From an uncultured Pelagibacteraceae bacterium (GTDB taxonomy: Bacteria > Pseudomonadota > Alphaproteobacteria > Pelagibacterales > Pelagibacteraceae): DNA of 64,000 nucleotides. Position numbers and translations under genes: made by a program. This document shows, piece after piece, positions 1-11,518 of this stretch (the stretch's first letter is position 1; every line of letters begins with the position of its first letter). Location of the stretch: contig CACHML010000006.1 in NCBI GenBank assembly GCA_902580945.1, forward strand, positions 16,943 to 80,942, given 5' to 3'. The notes under the pieces were generated by a model that saw only the letters and a list, made by a program, of their open reading frames with translations, was not told where the DNA came from and did not search any database.

Positions 1-663
1 GCAGGGCATTCTTTAGGTGAGTATTCTGCTTTAGCTTGTTCTAATGCTATAAGTTTTAAAGATACAATTAAACTTTTAAAAATTAGAGGTAATGCAATGC
101 AAAATGCAGTTCCTAAGAATGAAGGAGGCATGGTTGCAGTTTTAGGAGAAAATTTAAAAAAAATAAAAGATATTATTGAAAATAATAAAAATAGTTTTCA
201 TTGTTTTTTAGCTAATGATAATTCAAATGGACAGGTTGTTATTAGTGGGAAAAAAAATGACTTAAATAAATTTGTTGAGGAACTAAAAATACTAAATATC
301 AAAAATATTAAATTACCGGTCTCAGCACCATTTCATTGTATTTTAATGAAACCTGCTACAAAAATAATGAATAATGAACTTAAAGATTTAAAATTTGCTG
401 CTCCAAATAATAAAATTATTTCAAATGTAACCGCTCAACCTTCTAACGACCCAGATAAAATTAAAGATCTTTTAATTCAACAGATCGAAAAACCAGTTCG
501 TTGGAGAGAAAGTATAATGAATATGATAAATCTTGGAAGTCAAAAATTTGTAGAAATTGGACCTGGTAAAGTTTTATCAGGTCTAGTAAAAAGAATTGAT
601 AAAAGTGTAGATCTAGTTCAAGTAAACAATGTTGAAGATATTAATAATTTGAAAAATTTATGA
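1..663 (+). CDS. fabD: malonyl-CoA:ACP transacylase, 5' end cut by window edge
   Basis: Frame 1 is open from base 1 and reads AGHSLGEYSAL, the GHSLGE active-site serine motif. It is followed by fabG and acpP, and its stop overlaps the fabG start (ATGA). Confidence 0.9.
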   Translation, partial: AGHSLGEYSALACSNAISFKDTIKLLKIRGNAMQNAVPKNEGGMVAVLGENLKKIKDIIENNKNSFHCFLANDNSNGQVVISGKKNDLNKFVEELKILNIKNIKLPVSAPFHCILMKPATKIMNNELKDLKFAAPNNKIISNVTAQPSNDPDKIKDLLIQQIEKPVRWRESIMNMINLGSQKFVEIGPGKVLSGLVKRIDKSVDLVQVNNVEDINNLKNL

Positions 664-1397
664 TTGATTTGAAAAATTTAAATATTATTCTGACTGGAGC
701 AACAGGTATAATTGGTGGTTCTATTTTAGAAAAATTAATACTTGGAGGATCAAAAGTTTTAGCTACAGGTACTAATGAAGATAAATTAAAAATTATTCAA
801 GATAAATATCAAAATATAAATGTGTTAAAATTTGATATTTCAGATCATAAAAGAATAGATGATTTTGTTGAAAATTGTAGTTCAATTTTTTCAAATAAGA
901 TTGATGTGTTAATTAATAATGCTGGAATTACCAAAGATAACTTATCCATAAGAATGAAAGACGAGGAATGGAAAAAGGTTATTGACATCAATCTGTCATC
1001 AACATTTTTAATTAGTAAAAGCGTCATAAAAAAAATGTTAAAATTAAAATCTGGGAAAATTATTAACGTTACCTCAGTTGTAGGTCATTCAGGAAACATA
1101 GGCCAAGCAAATTATGCTGCGTCAAAAGCTGGGATAGTTGCAATGTCTAAAAGTTTAGCTTTAGAATATGGAAAAAAAAATATTACCATAAATTGTGTTT
1201 CGCCAGGTTTTATAGTATCTGAAATGACTGATAAAATCAGTAAAGAACACACAGAATTATTAAAATCAAGAATTTCACTTAATAAATTCGGTAAGCCAGC
1301 AGATGTAGCGAATACAATTGCCTTTTTAAGTTCAAATTTATCAAACTATATAACAGGCGAAACCATACATGTTAATGGAGGCATGTATTTTAGTTGA
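660..1397 (+). CDS. fabG: 3-oxoacyl-ACP reductase (SDR family)
   Basis: TGATGIIGG Rossmann motif, NNAG, catalytic YAASKAG, PGFI. Lies between fabD and acpP. Confidence 0.9.
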   Translation: MIDLKNLNIILTGATGIIGGSILEKLILGGSKVLATGTNEDKLKIIQDKYQNINVLKFDISDHKRIDDFVENCSSIFSNKIDVLINNAGITKDNLSIRMKDEEWKKVIDINLSSTFLISKSVIKKMLKLKSGKIINVTSVVGHSGNIGQANYAASKAGIVAMSKSLALEYGKKNITINCVSPGFIVSEMTDKISKEHTELLKSRISLNKFGKPADVANTIAFLSSNLSNYITGETIHVNGGMYFS

Positions 1398-1443
1398 CAA
1401 AATTAATAAAATATTTATTAACAAAATAACTAAAAGGAACAAA

Positions 1444-1683
1444 ATGTCAGATGATATTTCAAGCAAAGTAAAAAAAATAGTTGCTGATCACTTAGGTATT
1501 GATGAGGCTAAAGTAAATGATGATTCAAGTTTTATTGATGACTTAGGTGCAGATAGTTTAGATACAGTCGAGCTAGTAATGGCTTTTGAGGAAGAATTTG
1601 GATCTGAAATATCTGATAGTGATGCAGAAAAAATTTTAACTGTTGGTGATGCAGTTAAGTTTATTGAAAACAAAGCAAACTAG
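1444..1683 (+). CDS. acpP: acyl carrier protein
   Basis: [20 protein letters not shown] phosphopantetheine-attachment motif. Internal ATG at 1444 gives the usual ~79 aa, so the upstream part of the tracked ORF is treated as non-coding. Confidence 0.95.
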   Translation: MSDDISSKVKKIVADHLGIDEAKVNDDSSFIDDLGADSLDTVELVMAFEEEFGSEISDSDAEKILTVGDAVKFIENKAN

Positions 1684-1694
1684 TTTTAACCTAA

Positions 1695-2330
1695 ATGTCC
1701 GAAAAAAATGCAGGGATAATTGTAATATTATCTTCTCCGTCGGGCGCTGGTAAAACCACATTAGTCAAAAAAATTTCAAAAAGAAATAATTACAAAATTT
1801 CCATTTCTCATACTACAAGAACCCCTAGGATGAATGAAGAGGATGGTAAAGATTATCACTTTGTTAATATCTTAGAATTTAAAAAATTAATAAATGAAAA
1901 ACAATTTTTGGAGTACGCGAAAGTATTTAAAAATTATTATGGCTCATTAAAAAATACTGTAATTGACAAACTAAACAAAGGTGAAAATATAATTTTTGAT
2001 ATTGATTGGCAAGGAACAAAACAAATTAAAAATAAAAAACTAAAATATAAAATAATTACAATTTTTATTCTTCCACCATCAAAAAAAGAATTATTTAATA
2101 GACTGTTAAAAAGAGACCACAAAGATAAAAAAACAGCATCCGAAAGAATGAAGCAGTTTAAAAAGGATGTGTTACATTGGAAAGATTATGACTTTGCAGT
2201 AATAAATGACAAAGTAGAAACTTGCTACAAATTAATAATGAAATTTATTAATAATCAAAGAAAGAAAAAAAATACTTTAAAATATAATAAAAATTTTATC
2301 AAAAAACATATCAACACTTTAATTAATTGA
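1695..2330 (+). CDS. gmk: guanylate kinase
   Basis: P-loop [10 protein letters not shown], then ISHTTRTPR and YHFV motifs typical of Gmk. Confidence 0.9.
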   Translation: MSEKNAGIIVILSSPSGAGKTTLVKKISKRNNYKISISHTTRTPRMNEEDGKDYHFVNILEFKKLINEKQFLEYAKVFKNYYGSLKNTVIDKLNKGENIIFDIDWQGTKQIKNKKLKYKIITIFILPPSKKELFNRLLKRDHKDKKTASERMKQFKKDVLHWKDYDFAVINDKVETCYKLIMKFINNQRKKKNTLKYNKNFIKKHINTLIN

Positions 2331-3110
2331 TTTTTCGTAGATCTCACAAATTCTGTAGTAAGTTAAGTTATCTAAATTTTGAGGTCTTTGAGTTAAATCA
2401 ATTGATAGTTTCTTAGCAATCTCATTAAAATTTTTAAATAAATATTTCATTGGTTTTTTTACCATTTTACGTCTTTGGCTAAAGAAAATATTTGTGATAT
2501 ATTCTAAATTTTTAGGATCTTTAATTTCAAAATAATTTTTTTTTGGAACAAATAATAACAAGGAACTCTCAACTTTTGGTTTAGGATTGAAACTTCCTGG
2601 TTCTATATCTATTATTTTTTCAACTTTCATCTTCCAGTTTGATAAAATTGAAATTCTTCCAAAATTTTTTGTATTCTCTTTCGCAATTATTCTATCTGCA
2701 ACTTCTTTTTGAAACATTAATATTAATCTTTTACAAAACTTTTCTATACCTTTAGTTTTTATCCATTTAGTTAATATTTGAGTTGAAATATTGTATGGCA
2801 AGTTACCAAAAATTATTAGATTATTTTCAAGATAATCTTCGTAGGTAATTCTCATCATATCTTTATTTATAATTTGTAATTTACTTGAAAAATTTTTTGT
2901 CAAAAAATTAATCAATCGATCATCTTTTTCTATAACGGTAAGTTTTTTTGGTCTCTTTTCCAATATTTTTTTTGTCAAAGCACCATTCCCAGGCCCAACT
3001 TCTATAATTACATCTTCTTTTTCAATATTTCCAACTTCAACAATAATGTTAATAATTTTATCATCTACTAGAAAATTTTGTCCTAAACTTTTTTTTGGAG
3101 CAAATTTCAT
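2319..3110 (-). CDS. rsmA: 16S rRNA (adenine1518/1519-N6)-dimethyltransferase
   Basis: KKSLGQNFL start, SAM motif [18 protein letters not shown] motif. Conserved surA-pdxA-rsmA context. Confidence 0.9.
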   Translation of the reverse strand: MKFAPKKSLGQNFLVDDKIINIIVEVGNIEKEDVIIEVGPGNGALTKKILEKRPKKLTVIEKDDRLINFLTKNFSSKLQIINKDMMRITYEDYLENNLIIFGNLPYNISTQILTKWIKTKGIEKFCKRLILMFQKEVADRIIAKENTKNFGRISILSNWKMKVEKIIDIEPGSFNPKPKVESSLLLFVPKKNYFEIKDPKNLEYITNIFFSQRRKMVKKPMKYLFKNFNEIAKKLSIDLTQRPQNLDNLTYYRICEIYEKSIN

Positions 3111-4069
3111 TAAATTTTATTTAAAAATTCAAAAGCATAAAATATTGAAGATGGGTCAGATTTATTTTTTCCTATCATATCATAGTTTGGACCATGATCT
3201 GGTGTAATTTTTATGAAAGGCAGACCTAATGTTATATTTATTGCGTTAAATTCAAATAAAGTCTTAATAGGTGTTAATACTTGATCGTGATACATTCCTA
3301 AAACAACGTCAAATTTTTTTATATTCTTTCTTAAAAAAAAAGTATCAGCAGGTATTGGTCCATTTATGTTAATTTTTTTTTTTAATTTTTTTATTGCTGG
3401 TATAATCTCGTTTTTTTCTTCACTTACTTTGCTTGTAGTTTCACAATGCGGGTTTAAACCTAATATTGCAATATTGGGTTTCTTATTTAGAATTGATCTA
3501 TAAAAATCATTAATTTTTAAAATATTTTTAATAATATTTTTTTTTTTTATAAATTTTGTTACATTTTTTAAGGGCACATGAGTTGTTAAAGGTGAAACTG
3601 CAAGTGTTTTATTATAGATAAGCATTACTGGATCTCTAGAATTTGTTTTAGAAGCCACATATTCTGTGACACCATTAAATTTTTTCTTTAAAAATTTAAT
3701 TTTTGATACAGGTCCATTAATGAGTGCATAATATTTTTCTTTTTTAATTATTTTTAGACTTAAATTAAAACTATTTTCAATATATTTGTTTGAATTCTGA
3801 CTTATTTTTGAAAAAGGATTTTTAAAATTATATTTTACATTTATGATATTTATATTTTTTTTTAAAGCATTTCTAACATCAAATATCTCATTTAATGTAA
3901 TATTATATTTCAACATTTTCATTTGGGCTTCGAATAACTCTTTACTACCAATTAAAATAATTTTTTTTTTATTTTTCTTATATTTATCAGAATTAAAATA
4001 TTTTAATAATACTTCAGAGAATGTTGTGTTTGGCTCTCCAAGTACAATCAAAATTCCTCTAATATTCAT
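3110..4069 (-). CDS. pdxA: 4-hydroxythreonine-4-phosphate dehydrogenase
   Basis: GEPNTT..., GLNPHCE, MYHDQVL and TPDHGP PdxA motifs. Sits in the canonical lptD-surA-pdxA-rsmA array. Its stop overlaps the rsmA start by 1 nt. Confidence 0.85.
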   Translation of the reverse strand: MNIRGILIVLGEPNTTFSEVLLKYFNSDKYKKNKKKIILIGSKELFEAQMKMLKYNITLNEIFDVRNALKKNINIINVKYNFKNPFSKISQNSNKYIENSFNLSLKIIKKEKYYALINGPVSKIKFLKKKFNGVTEYVASKTNSRDPVMLIYNKTLAVSPLTTHVPLKNVTKFIKKKNIIKNILKINDFYRSILNKKPNIAILGLNPHCETTSKVSEEKNEIIPAIKKLKKKININGPIPADTFFLRKNIKKFDVVLGMYHDQVLTPIKTLFEFNAINITLGLPFIKITPDHGPNYDMIGKNKSDPSSIFYAFEFLNKI

Positions 4070-4991
4070 TAATCTCTAAATTCCTTTTTATTCTTTTAAA
4101 ATATACAGATGAAAAATTATTAAGTTGTCTATTAGTTTCAATATTTATCAATTTTTCTAACTGTTGCTCTATATCTATTTTGTTATTAATCTCTTTTTTG
4201 TCGTTTAATTTAATTATAATATGTGCATTTCTTATTTTAATTGGATTGCTAACCTGATCTTTTACAAGTTGTTTTATCTCTTTATTAATTTGTTCAGAAA
4301 TTTGAAGTTCATTTATCCATCCTATTAATCCTCCATTTTTTGCTGTATTTGAGGTACTGTAAATATTTGCTGTATTTTCAAATCCAATGTTTTTTATACT
4401 TGTATTAATTTCATTAAGAAGTTCAGCATATTTTTTATTATCCAATTCTTTGAAAACTATTTCTGAAAGATTATAATCATATTTTTTTTCTTCTTCTTTT
4501 AGTTGTCTTTTTATTTTCTGTCTTAATTCCTCTTTGTTTATAACTAAATTTTTAGAGAAATTTTTATAAATAAGCTGATTCCAGGTCGCTTCAATAAATA
4601 GTTTTTCTTTAATTTGATTATAACTTAAATTTTGTTTCTCAAGTAATGTTTTAAACTCATCAATATCTTTAATATTTTTCTTCATCAGTAAGTTTTTTTC
4701 AACAACATTAACTAAATTATTTTCTGCATTAAAATTTATAAATTTTTCTAATTCTTTTCGTTTAATAATGTCGTTAATTAAGGAGTTTTTGGCTAAATTA
4801 TAAATTCGATCAGAATTTAAGTTTACAAGCTTAGGATTTAAAAAAATTAAATATTTTTCTTCATTTTCTATGTCGAGGTTTGTAATAATTTCATCTTGAA
4901 CACTTACTTTAATTTCTACAACATTTGCTTTACCATTTACATACATACAAAATATTGAGAAAAGAATTATTAATATTTTAATTTTTTTCAT
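4059..4991 (-). CDS. surA: periplasmic chaperone, SurA-like with a single degenerate parvulin domain
   Basis: N-terminal signal peptide, SurA-N-like helical region, C-terminal GGLIGW...NPIKIRNAHIIIKL parvulin-like segment. Located between lptD and pdxA. Confidence 0.7.
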   Translation of the reverse strand: MKKIKILIILFSIFCMYVNGKANVVEIKVSVQDEIITNLDIENEEKYLIFLNPKLVNLNSDRIYNLAKNSLINDIIKRKELEKFINFNAENNLVNVVEKNLLMKKNIKDIDEFKTLLEKQNLSYNQIKEKLFIEATWNQLIYKNFSKNLVINKEELRQKIKRQLKEEEKKYDYNLSEIVFKELDNKKYAELLNEINTSIKNIGFENTANIYSTSNTAKNGGLIGWINELQISEQINKEIKQLVKDQVSNPIKIRNAHIIIKLNDKKEINNKIDIEQQLEKLINIETNRQLNNFSSVYFKRIKRNLEINEY

Positions 4992-7398
4992 TATCTAGGA
5001 TAGTGTTTGCTGATCCCCGTAATTCAGCAAAAGGAATAAATTTTATTAAAAAATACAAACTTTTATCAGGATGTAAATTTCCATCTCTAAAGAATTTTTT
5101 TTGATAATTTAATGATGCAGATAGGCAATCTGTATTATACTCATAATTTAAATTATACACTTCTGTAAAATCTGCTTTCAAATCTTTTGTAGTATTAAAC
5201 TGAAGAGAGTGTTCATCTGTAAAACTTATCTGGGTGTTATTTTTAATAGTCTCAGAATTTCCCAACTCATGGTTCTCTGTAATATAATCAAAGGTTGTCA
5301 CAAATTTATTTTCTCCAAATTTTACTGAAATAGCATCATAATTTGAAAAATTAAGATCTCTATCATAAGAGAAATCATACTTTAAATTAAATTTGCTATT
5401 TGGTTCGTAAATAAATCTACCAACTATATCTGATCTTGTTTGATCAAGCTTAGACTTTGCTGGCATAGAGGAATTTTTTTTATCTTTAAAAATATTTCCA
5501 ATATTAAAACCTATTAATTTTTCATTTGATAAATTTAATTTTTCATATTCCAATCCAACAGTTAAGGATTTTCCTTCCTCAACCATATCACTTCTTCCAA
5601 TTCTATTAATTGAAAATAAACTATCATATCCTAATCTTTCTCCCGTAGACGAAATGTCTTTACCATTAGTTGGACTAAATTTAATTTGAATTTTGGGCTT
5701 CAAAAAATTTGTTGATTTCGAAAGTTCTTTTTTTAAAGGAATTTCTGAATTTAATAATAATGTTCCAAATAATTTATGATCATTATTTTCATCAAAAACA
5801 GAGGAGTTTTCAGCATAGGTATTATAGTTTTTTAATAAAAAGTTGTAATTAGAAACAATTCCTTTGTTTATATAATCATACGATAAAAAATTAAAGTCAT
5901 TGTTTATTTGAGCTTCATATATGTTAGTAGAGTACAGCTTTTGGTAGCCTGATGAATTAAAGATAAATGTTCCATTATAACTTTCATCCAAATCAAACTC
6001 TTTTTGAAAAATGAAATCTGGAAATATATATTGATACTTATCATTTGTATTAGTACTTGTAAGATCTTCATACATTCTTAAAGAGCTTGTTAGATTTGTG
6101 TTTGAGTCTATTTCTCTATCAATTGAAAAGAATGAGGTTAATGAACTTGAATTAATTTTTCTCATTAACACGTTTGTATCTTGGATGTTCTTAAAGTCAT
6201 GAATTTTTAAATAATTGTCATTACCCGAAACATTTTGAAATTCTAAATTGTAAGACATTTTATCGTTAAAATTTCCACCAAATTCAACTATTGCATGACT
6301 GCTAGTATTTTTATTATCACGATTAATACTTATATCTGCAATTAAATTAGAGTTTTTAAAAGCTTGTCTGTACTCCGATTGAATAATATAATTGTCATTC
6401 TCCGAATATATTCTTGGATTAAATGTCATGTCGGTAGAATTAGACATCACATGATAATAAGGTACATTAATAGACCTTCCTAAATTGTCTGAACTTGAAT
6501 AGACAGGAGTTAAAAATCCCGATTTTCTTTTGATCGATGGATCAGGGTGATTAAAATAAGGAAGAAAAAAAACTTTTTTATCAAAAACTTTCAGCCATGA
6601 ATTTTTATATTCAAATAAATTTTCAACTTTATTGTGTTTAAATTCGTCAGTTTGTATTTCCCAACCTCTACATTTTTTATTTTCTATATTACATGTACTA
6701 AATACTGCTTTATGAATTATGGTTTTTTTATCATCTGAAACTGAAGATTTTCCTTTTAGAATAGGGTCATTGTTTACATCACCAAAAAAATCATTTACAA
6801 AATCTACTCTTATTTCTTTTCCAGCCAATTCTCTGGTTTTGAGATTAATTTTAACTTTTTCAAATAGATAACTATTATTATCACTGTCAATTATATTTGT
6901 AATTTTCGCAGAAATTACTTCGTGAATTTTATCAAATAAGAAACCTTCTTTAAAATTATAAATATTATTAATATCGTCATAAACTTTAGTATCTTTCTCA
7001 CTTATTATCCTCATTGAATTTCTATCATATAGTACATTTTCAGAGAAAATTTCATATTTGCCTTCTATTTTTATAAATGTTTTTCCTTTAGCTAAAATTG
7101 TATTATCTATTTCATCGTATATTGCCTCTTCACTTTTTATATAGATATCATTTAAATTATCAAAAAACTCCACATTACCTATTATTATTAATTCAGAAAT
7201 TATTTTATTATAAATGGATCTATCACCTTTAACTAAAATTTTCTGTTTTGGTATTTTTGAAACACCTTTTGTTGAATAAATTATATTACCCTCATCTTCT
7301 ATTTGAATATTTTTAGAGTCAAAAAATATGGTTTCAGCTTGAGAATTAATACACAATATTATTGATATGATTATATAATTTATAATTTTAATTTTCAT
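4978..7398 (-). CDS. lptD: LPS-assembly outer-membrane protein LptD
   Basis: 806 aa with signal peptide, an OstA-like N-terminal domain and a large beta-barrel-type C-terminus rich in aromatic/alternating residues. Flanked by lptG and surA. Confidence 0.85.
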   Translation of the reverse strand: MKIKIINYIIISIILCINSQAETIFFDSKNIQIEDEGNIIYSTKGVSKIPKQKILVKGDRSIYNKIISELIIIGNVEFFDNLNDIYIKSEEAIYDEIDNTILAKGKTFIKIEGKYEIFSENVLYDRNSMRIISEKDTKVYDDINNIYNFKEGFLFDKIHEVISAKITNIIDSDNNSYLFEKVKINLKTRELAGKEIRVDFVNDFFGDVNNDPILKGKSSVSDDKKTIIHKAVFSTCNIENKKCRGWEIQTDEFKHNKVENLFEYKNSWLKVFDKKVFFLPYFNHPDPSIKRKSGFLTPVYSSSDNLGRSINVPYYHVMSNSTDMTFNPRIYSENDNYIIQSEYRQAFKNSNLIADISINRDNKNTSSHAIVEFGGNFNDKMSYNLEFQNVSGNDNYLKIHDFKNIQDTNVLMRKINSSSLTSFFSIDREIDSNTNLTSSLRMYEDLTSTNTNDKYQYIFPDFIFQKEFDLDESYNGTFIFNSSGYQKLYSTNIYEAQINNDFNFLSYDYINKGIVSNYNFLLKNYNTYAENSSVFDENNDHKLFGTLLLNSEIPLKKELSKSTNFLKPKIQIKFSPTNGKDISSTGERLGYDSLFSINRIGRSDMVEEGKSLTVGLEYEKLNLSNEKLIGFNIGNIFKDKKNSSMPAKSKLDQTRSDIVGRFIYEPNSKFNLKYDFSYDRDLNFSNYDAISVKFGENKFVTTFDYITENHELGNSETIKNNTQISFTDEHSLQFNTTKDLKADFTEVYNLNYEYNTDCLSASLNYQKKFFRDGNLHPDKSLYFLIKFIPFAELRGSANTILDNEKN

Positions 7399-8476
7399 TT
7401 AATTTTGTAATACCCATCATGCAAACAAGAAACATTATCAGTTGCGGCATCCATACAGCTATTAATACTGGCAATGTTTCATTTTTCCCAAATAAAATTG
7501 AAAAATAATTAATATAGTAAAAAATTACCGAAACCAATACTCCAATAACAATTAAAAAGAACTTTGATTTTATAAAGTTAAATTTAAACATAAGTAATGC
7601 ACCTATAATGGCAGTTAATGTAAGATAAATTGGTAAACTGAAAATTTTGTTTAAATGTAATTTAACATCTGTTGCAGAATATCCAATGGACTCATAATTT
7701 TTTTCTAATTTCATCAGTTGAAAAATATTTAATGAATTAAGGTTAGAATATAAATTAGCAATTATTTTACCATCAAATGCAGATAGATAATTATAGTTTG
7801 GTAAAAATTTACTCTTTTGCTCTGTAGAATAAATTTTAACATTTTTAAGTTTCCAATCTTTATTTGATATATCAGCTTCATCTGACAAAATTGTATTAAT
7901 TTGCTTATAATTTTTATCTAGTTGAGTTATTTTAATATTTTCCAATTTATTTTTTTTATACGTCCCAGCATTAATTATAAAAATTTTTTCATTATTTTTA
8001 CCTTTCTCCTTAATCCAAAGACCTCCCTCATTAACCACAGCTAAATGATTGCTGCTGTTTGAGTATTGATACTTAATATTTAAGTATAGACTCTTGAGAT
8101 TTGCTGAAAATGAATAATATACAAATATTAATATTATTCCCATTAACAAAGAAACTGTAGATATAATTCCAGTTATTTTGAAATTATTAATACCGTTACT
8201 TCGTAAAAGTTCTATTTCCTCTCTTTCAAATAAATTGATAAAAAAAAACATCACACCTAATAAAAAAATAAATGGAAGAATCTCAAATACTATAGATGGA
8301 ATATTCAGTACAGTTAATATAATTGGATAATAAATTTTGTTTTCTTTATTCTCAAAATATTTTATTTCCTCAAAAATGTTTAAGAAAAAACTTAAGAATA
8401 CAAATACCAACAAAATGATTAGTACATTCTTTAAAAACAACTTTGTCAAATATCCATGATATTTTTTTAAAATCAT
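7388..8476 (-). CDS. lptG: LPS export ABC permease LptG
   Basis: YjgP/YjgQ-type architecture: three TM helices, a periplasmic beta-jellyroll insert, then three TM helices. Directly downstream of lptF. Confidence 0.8.
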   Translation of the reverse strand: MILKKYHGYLTKLFLKNVLIILLVFVFLSFFLNIFEEIKYFENKENKIYYPIILTVLNIPSIVFEILPFIFLLGVMFFFINLFEREEIELLRSNGINNFKITGIISTVSLLMGIILIFVYYSFSANLKSLYLNIKYQYSNSSNHLAVVNEGGLWIKEKGKNNEKIFIINAGTYKKNKLENIKITQLDKNYKQINTILSDEADISNKDWKLKNVKIYSTEQKSKFLPNYNYLSAFDGKIIANLYSNLNSLNIFQLMKLEKNYESIGYSATDVKLHLNKIFSLPIYLTLTAIIGALLMFKFNFIKSKFFLIVIGVLVSVIFYYINYFSILFGKNETLPVLIAVWMPQLIMFLVCMMGITKLNEN

Positions 8477-9624
8477 AATAAATTTAATTTAAACTTTGTA
8501 AATATATTTAAAAATAGATAATAAATAACAACTAGAATAAATGGAAATAATATTATTAAAGAATTAATCATAGTTGAGATAAAAAAATATTTTAGAGAAA
8601 TTTGAGATATAGCTATTAAGAAACTTCCCATTAAAAAAATATTGATTTTATGTGATTTTACAAAAAAGTTTAGTTTTGGCTCTATAATTAAGCTCGCTCC
8701 AATTAGAGAAATAACAAGAGTATAGAATGGTATTATCATCCTTTTATATAATTCTTCGACTATTGATTTTATTGTTCTACCTTTGCAGGTTTCGTTTTCA
8801 GAATTTAAAATAGTTGTTTCATTTTCATCAAAATCATTTTTAGGAAAAAAACCTCTAATGCAATTAATTAATTTTAATGTATCAATTTCTTGAATTTTAG
8901 AAGTTGTAACTGTTTTTGTTGAAAAATTTGATAAATCGTAATCTGTTTCTGAAAAATTCAGGCTAAAGGTTTTATCTAAATTTATATTTGTTATTCCTCC
9001 ATTATAAAGTTTTAAAATATACTTATTATTTTTTTTTATAATTCTTCCATAATCTGCAACAATTATTTTAGACTTATCCAGTCCAATTTTTTCATTAATA
9101 TAAATCTTTTTTAGCTGTCCATCTTTTTTATATTCTTCAACAAAAATAGTAAGGTTTTTTACAACGTTGATAAATTTTTTCTCAGATATTAGTTTTGGTA
9201 AAAAATCTATATTTGACTCCTTTATAAATAATCTTCCTAAATTTTGAGATTTAGGAACAACAAATAATGTAAATATTAGCTGCAAAATCAGAAAGATTAG
9301 CGAGAATCTGAGAATGAAATTTATTAACTGAATTTTCTTTATTCCATTATTCCAAAACACTATTAACTCATTTGAGTTTTCATATTTATTAATTACATAG
9401 AAAACAGATATAAAAAATACAAAAATTATGGTTTTGCTGAATATTTTTGGCAAATTTAAGGAAACGTAATAAAAATAGATGTTAAGACTGTGACCATCAT
9501 CAGACACTAGATCTAAAAGGTTTACTGCTTGAATTATCCAAACTATAAAAGTTACGCTAAAAGATGCTATAAAAAAAAAATTTATTATATCTAGAGAAAA
9601 TTTACGAAATATTAATTTATCCAT
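8473..9624 (-). CDS. lptF: LPS export ABC permease LptF
   Basis: Same YjgP/YjgQ architecture as LptG. 4-nt overlap with lptG. Confidence 0.8.
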   Translation of the reverse strand: MDKLIFRKFSLDIINFFFIASFSVTFIVWIIQAVNLLDLVSDDGHSLNIYFYYVSLNLPKIFSKTIIFVFFISVFYVINKYENSNELIVFWNNGIKKIQLINFILRFSLIFLILQLIFTLFVVPKSQNLGRLFIKESNIDFLPKLISEKKFINVVKNLTIFVEEYKKDGQLKKIYINEKIGLDKSKIIVADYGRIIKKNNKYILKLYNGGITNINLDKTFSLNFSETDYDLSNFSTKTVTTSKIQEIDTLKLINCIRGFFPKNDFDENETTILNSENETCKGRTIKSIVEELYKRMIIPFYTLVISLIGASLIIEPKLNFFVKSHKINIFLMGSFLIAISQISLKYFFISTMINSLIILFPFILVVIYYLFLNIFTKFKLNLL

Positions 9625-9678
9625 TGAAATTATTGTTTTATTAAATATACAACATTATCTAATAAATATTTCAAAAAA

Positions 9679-11115
9679 ATGAAGCTAAATTTAAAATTTG
9701 TAAATAAATTGCCAAAAGATGCTCAAGATTGTGAGGTTATTTTCTTAAAGGAAAAAAATATAAATAATAAATATCTCAAACCTTTAAACAAATCTATTAT
9801 TTCAAACAAACTTTTCTCTGAAAAAAAATTCATCAAAAAGGATTATAATAATAAAAGTTATATATTTGTAAATTGTATTAATTCTAAAACTTCACTTGAT
9901 TTTGAAAAAATAGGATCAAAGCTATTCATATTTTTAAAAGATAATAAAATAGAAAATTCCTATATTAGCGTAAGTGCTAATACTTTAACGAATATTCAAT
10001 TAGAAAAAATTTTGCATGGTAGTCAACTAAAATCTTATAATTTTAGTATTTATAAATCAGAGAAAAATAAAAATGAGAATTTAAATCTTAATGTATTTGG
10101 GAAAAATATTAAGAAAAATAATTTCTTTAGAAAAAATCTAAACGCACTCATGGAGGGAATTTTTCTCACTAGAGATTTAGTGTCTGAACCAGGAAATATT
10201 TTACATCCAGATGAATATGCAAGGAGAATTACCAGTCTAAGAAAGTTTGGATTAAAAGTTACAGTTTATGATCAAAAAAAATTAAAAAAATTAGGTTGTA
10301 ATGCATTACTAGGAGTTGGACAGGGAAGTATTAGAGGCTCGTATTTAGTGACTATGGAATGGAATGGAAATAAAAATAAATCAAAACCTTTAGCATTTGT
10401 TGGAAAAGGTGTTTGCTTTGATACAGGAGGAATTTCACTAAAGCCTGCAAAATTTATGGAAGACATGACATATGATATGGCTGGTTCAGCAACAGTAGTT
10501 GGTCTTATGAAAACTCTTGCTTTAAGAAAATCAAAAATTAACGCTGTGGGTGTTGTAGGTCTCGTTGAAAATATGCCAGGAGGAAATGCTCAGAGACCAG
10601 GAGATATAGTAAAATCTTACAGCGGACAAACTATTGAGATTTTAAATACTGATGCTGAAGGAAGGTTGGTGCTAGCTGACGCTTTGACTTATACAGAAAA
10701 AAAATTTAAACCTAGTTTAATTGTTGACCTTGCAACTTTAACTGGGGCAATTATTGTTGCTTTAGGATCCGAATATGCAGGACTATGGTCAAATAATGAA
10801 AAATTATCTAAACAGTTATTTGATGCTGGAGAAAAAGTTGAAGAAAAAGTTTGGAGAATGCCTTTACATGAAAATTATAATAAATTAATGAACTCAAAGA
10901 ATGCTGATATGCAAAATATTAATTATGTTGGAGGCGCGGGTTCAACAACCGCAGCTCAATTTTTGCAAAGATTTATTCTCAAAAAAACACCTTGGGCACA
11001 TTTAGATATAGCTGGTATGGCATTTTCTAAATATGCTGGAGCATTAAATTCTGGAGGTGCAACTGGTTATGGAGTTAGATTATTAAATAAATTTATAGAG
11101 GAGAATTATGAGTAA
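9679..11115 (+). CDS. pepA: leucyl aminopeptidase (M17)
   Basis: VGKGVCFDTGGISLKP and NTDAEGRLVLADAL M17 metal-site motifs. Confidence 0.9.
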   Translation: MKLNLKFVNKLPKDAQDCEVIFLKEKNINNKYLKPLNKSIISNKLFSEKKFIKKDYNNKSYIFVNCINSKTSLDFEKIGSKLFIFLKDNKIENSYISVSANTLTNIQLEKILHGSQLKSYNFSIYKSEKNKNENLNLNVFGKNIKKNNFFRKNLNALMEGIFLTRDLVSEPGNILHPDEYARRITSLRKFGLKVTVYDQKKLKKLGCNALLGVGQGSIRGSYLVTMEWNGNKNKSKPLAFVGKGVCFDTGGISLKPAKFMEDMTYDMAGSATVVGLMKTLALRKSKINAVGVVGLVENMPGGNAQRPGDIVKSYSGQTIEILNTDAEGRLVLADALTYTEKKFKPSLIVDLATLTGAIIVALGSEYAGLWSNNEKLSKQLFDAGEKVEEKVWRMPLHENYNKLMNSKNADMQNINYVGGAGSTTAAQFLQRFILKKTPWAHLDIAGMAFSKYAGALNSGGATGYGVRLLNKFIEENYE

Positions 11116-11518
11116 TATTGAGCAAACCTTATCAATAATTAAACCTGATGCAGTAGAAAGAAATTTACAAGACCAGATCAAAACAGAGTTTAAGAATAAA
11201 GGGTTTGAAATTGTCAAAGAAAAAAAATTACATATTTCAAAGGATGAGGCAGAAAAGTTTTATAAAGTACATGAATCTAAACCATTTTATAATGATTTAT
11301 GTACATATTTATCCTCAGGCCCAATAGTTGTTATGATTCTTCAAAAAGAAAACGCAATATTAGATAACAGAAAATTTATGGGAGCAACAAATCCACAGGA
11401 GGCTGAAGTGGGAACAATAAGGAAGAAATATGGTATTTCAATTGATAAAAATTCAGTTCATGGTTCCGATAATTTAGAAAATTCTAAAATAGAAATAGAT
11501 TTTTTTTTTAAAGACTAG
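11108..11518 (+). CDS. ndk: nucleoside diphosphate kinase
   Basis: TLSIIKPDAV start and NSVHGSD active-site His motif, 136 aa. Confidence 0.95.
   Translation: MSNIEQTLSIIKPDAVERNLQDQIKTEFKNKGFEIVKEKKLHISKDEAEKFYKVHESKPFYNDLCTYLSSGPIVVMILQKENAILDNRKFMGATNPQEAEVGTIRKKYGISIDKNSVHGSDNLENSKIEIDFFFKD

Noticed and set aside
1369-1443. 25-codon extension upstream of acpP.
   Set aside because: ACPs are ~78 aa. The ATG at 1444 gives the canonical length and N-terminus.
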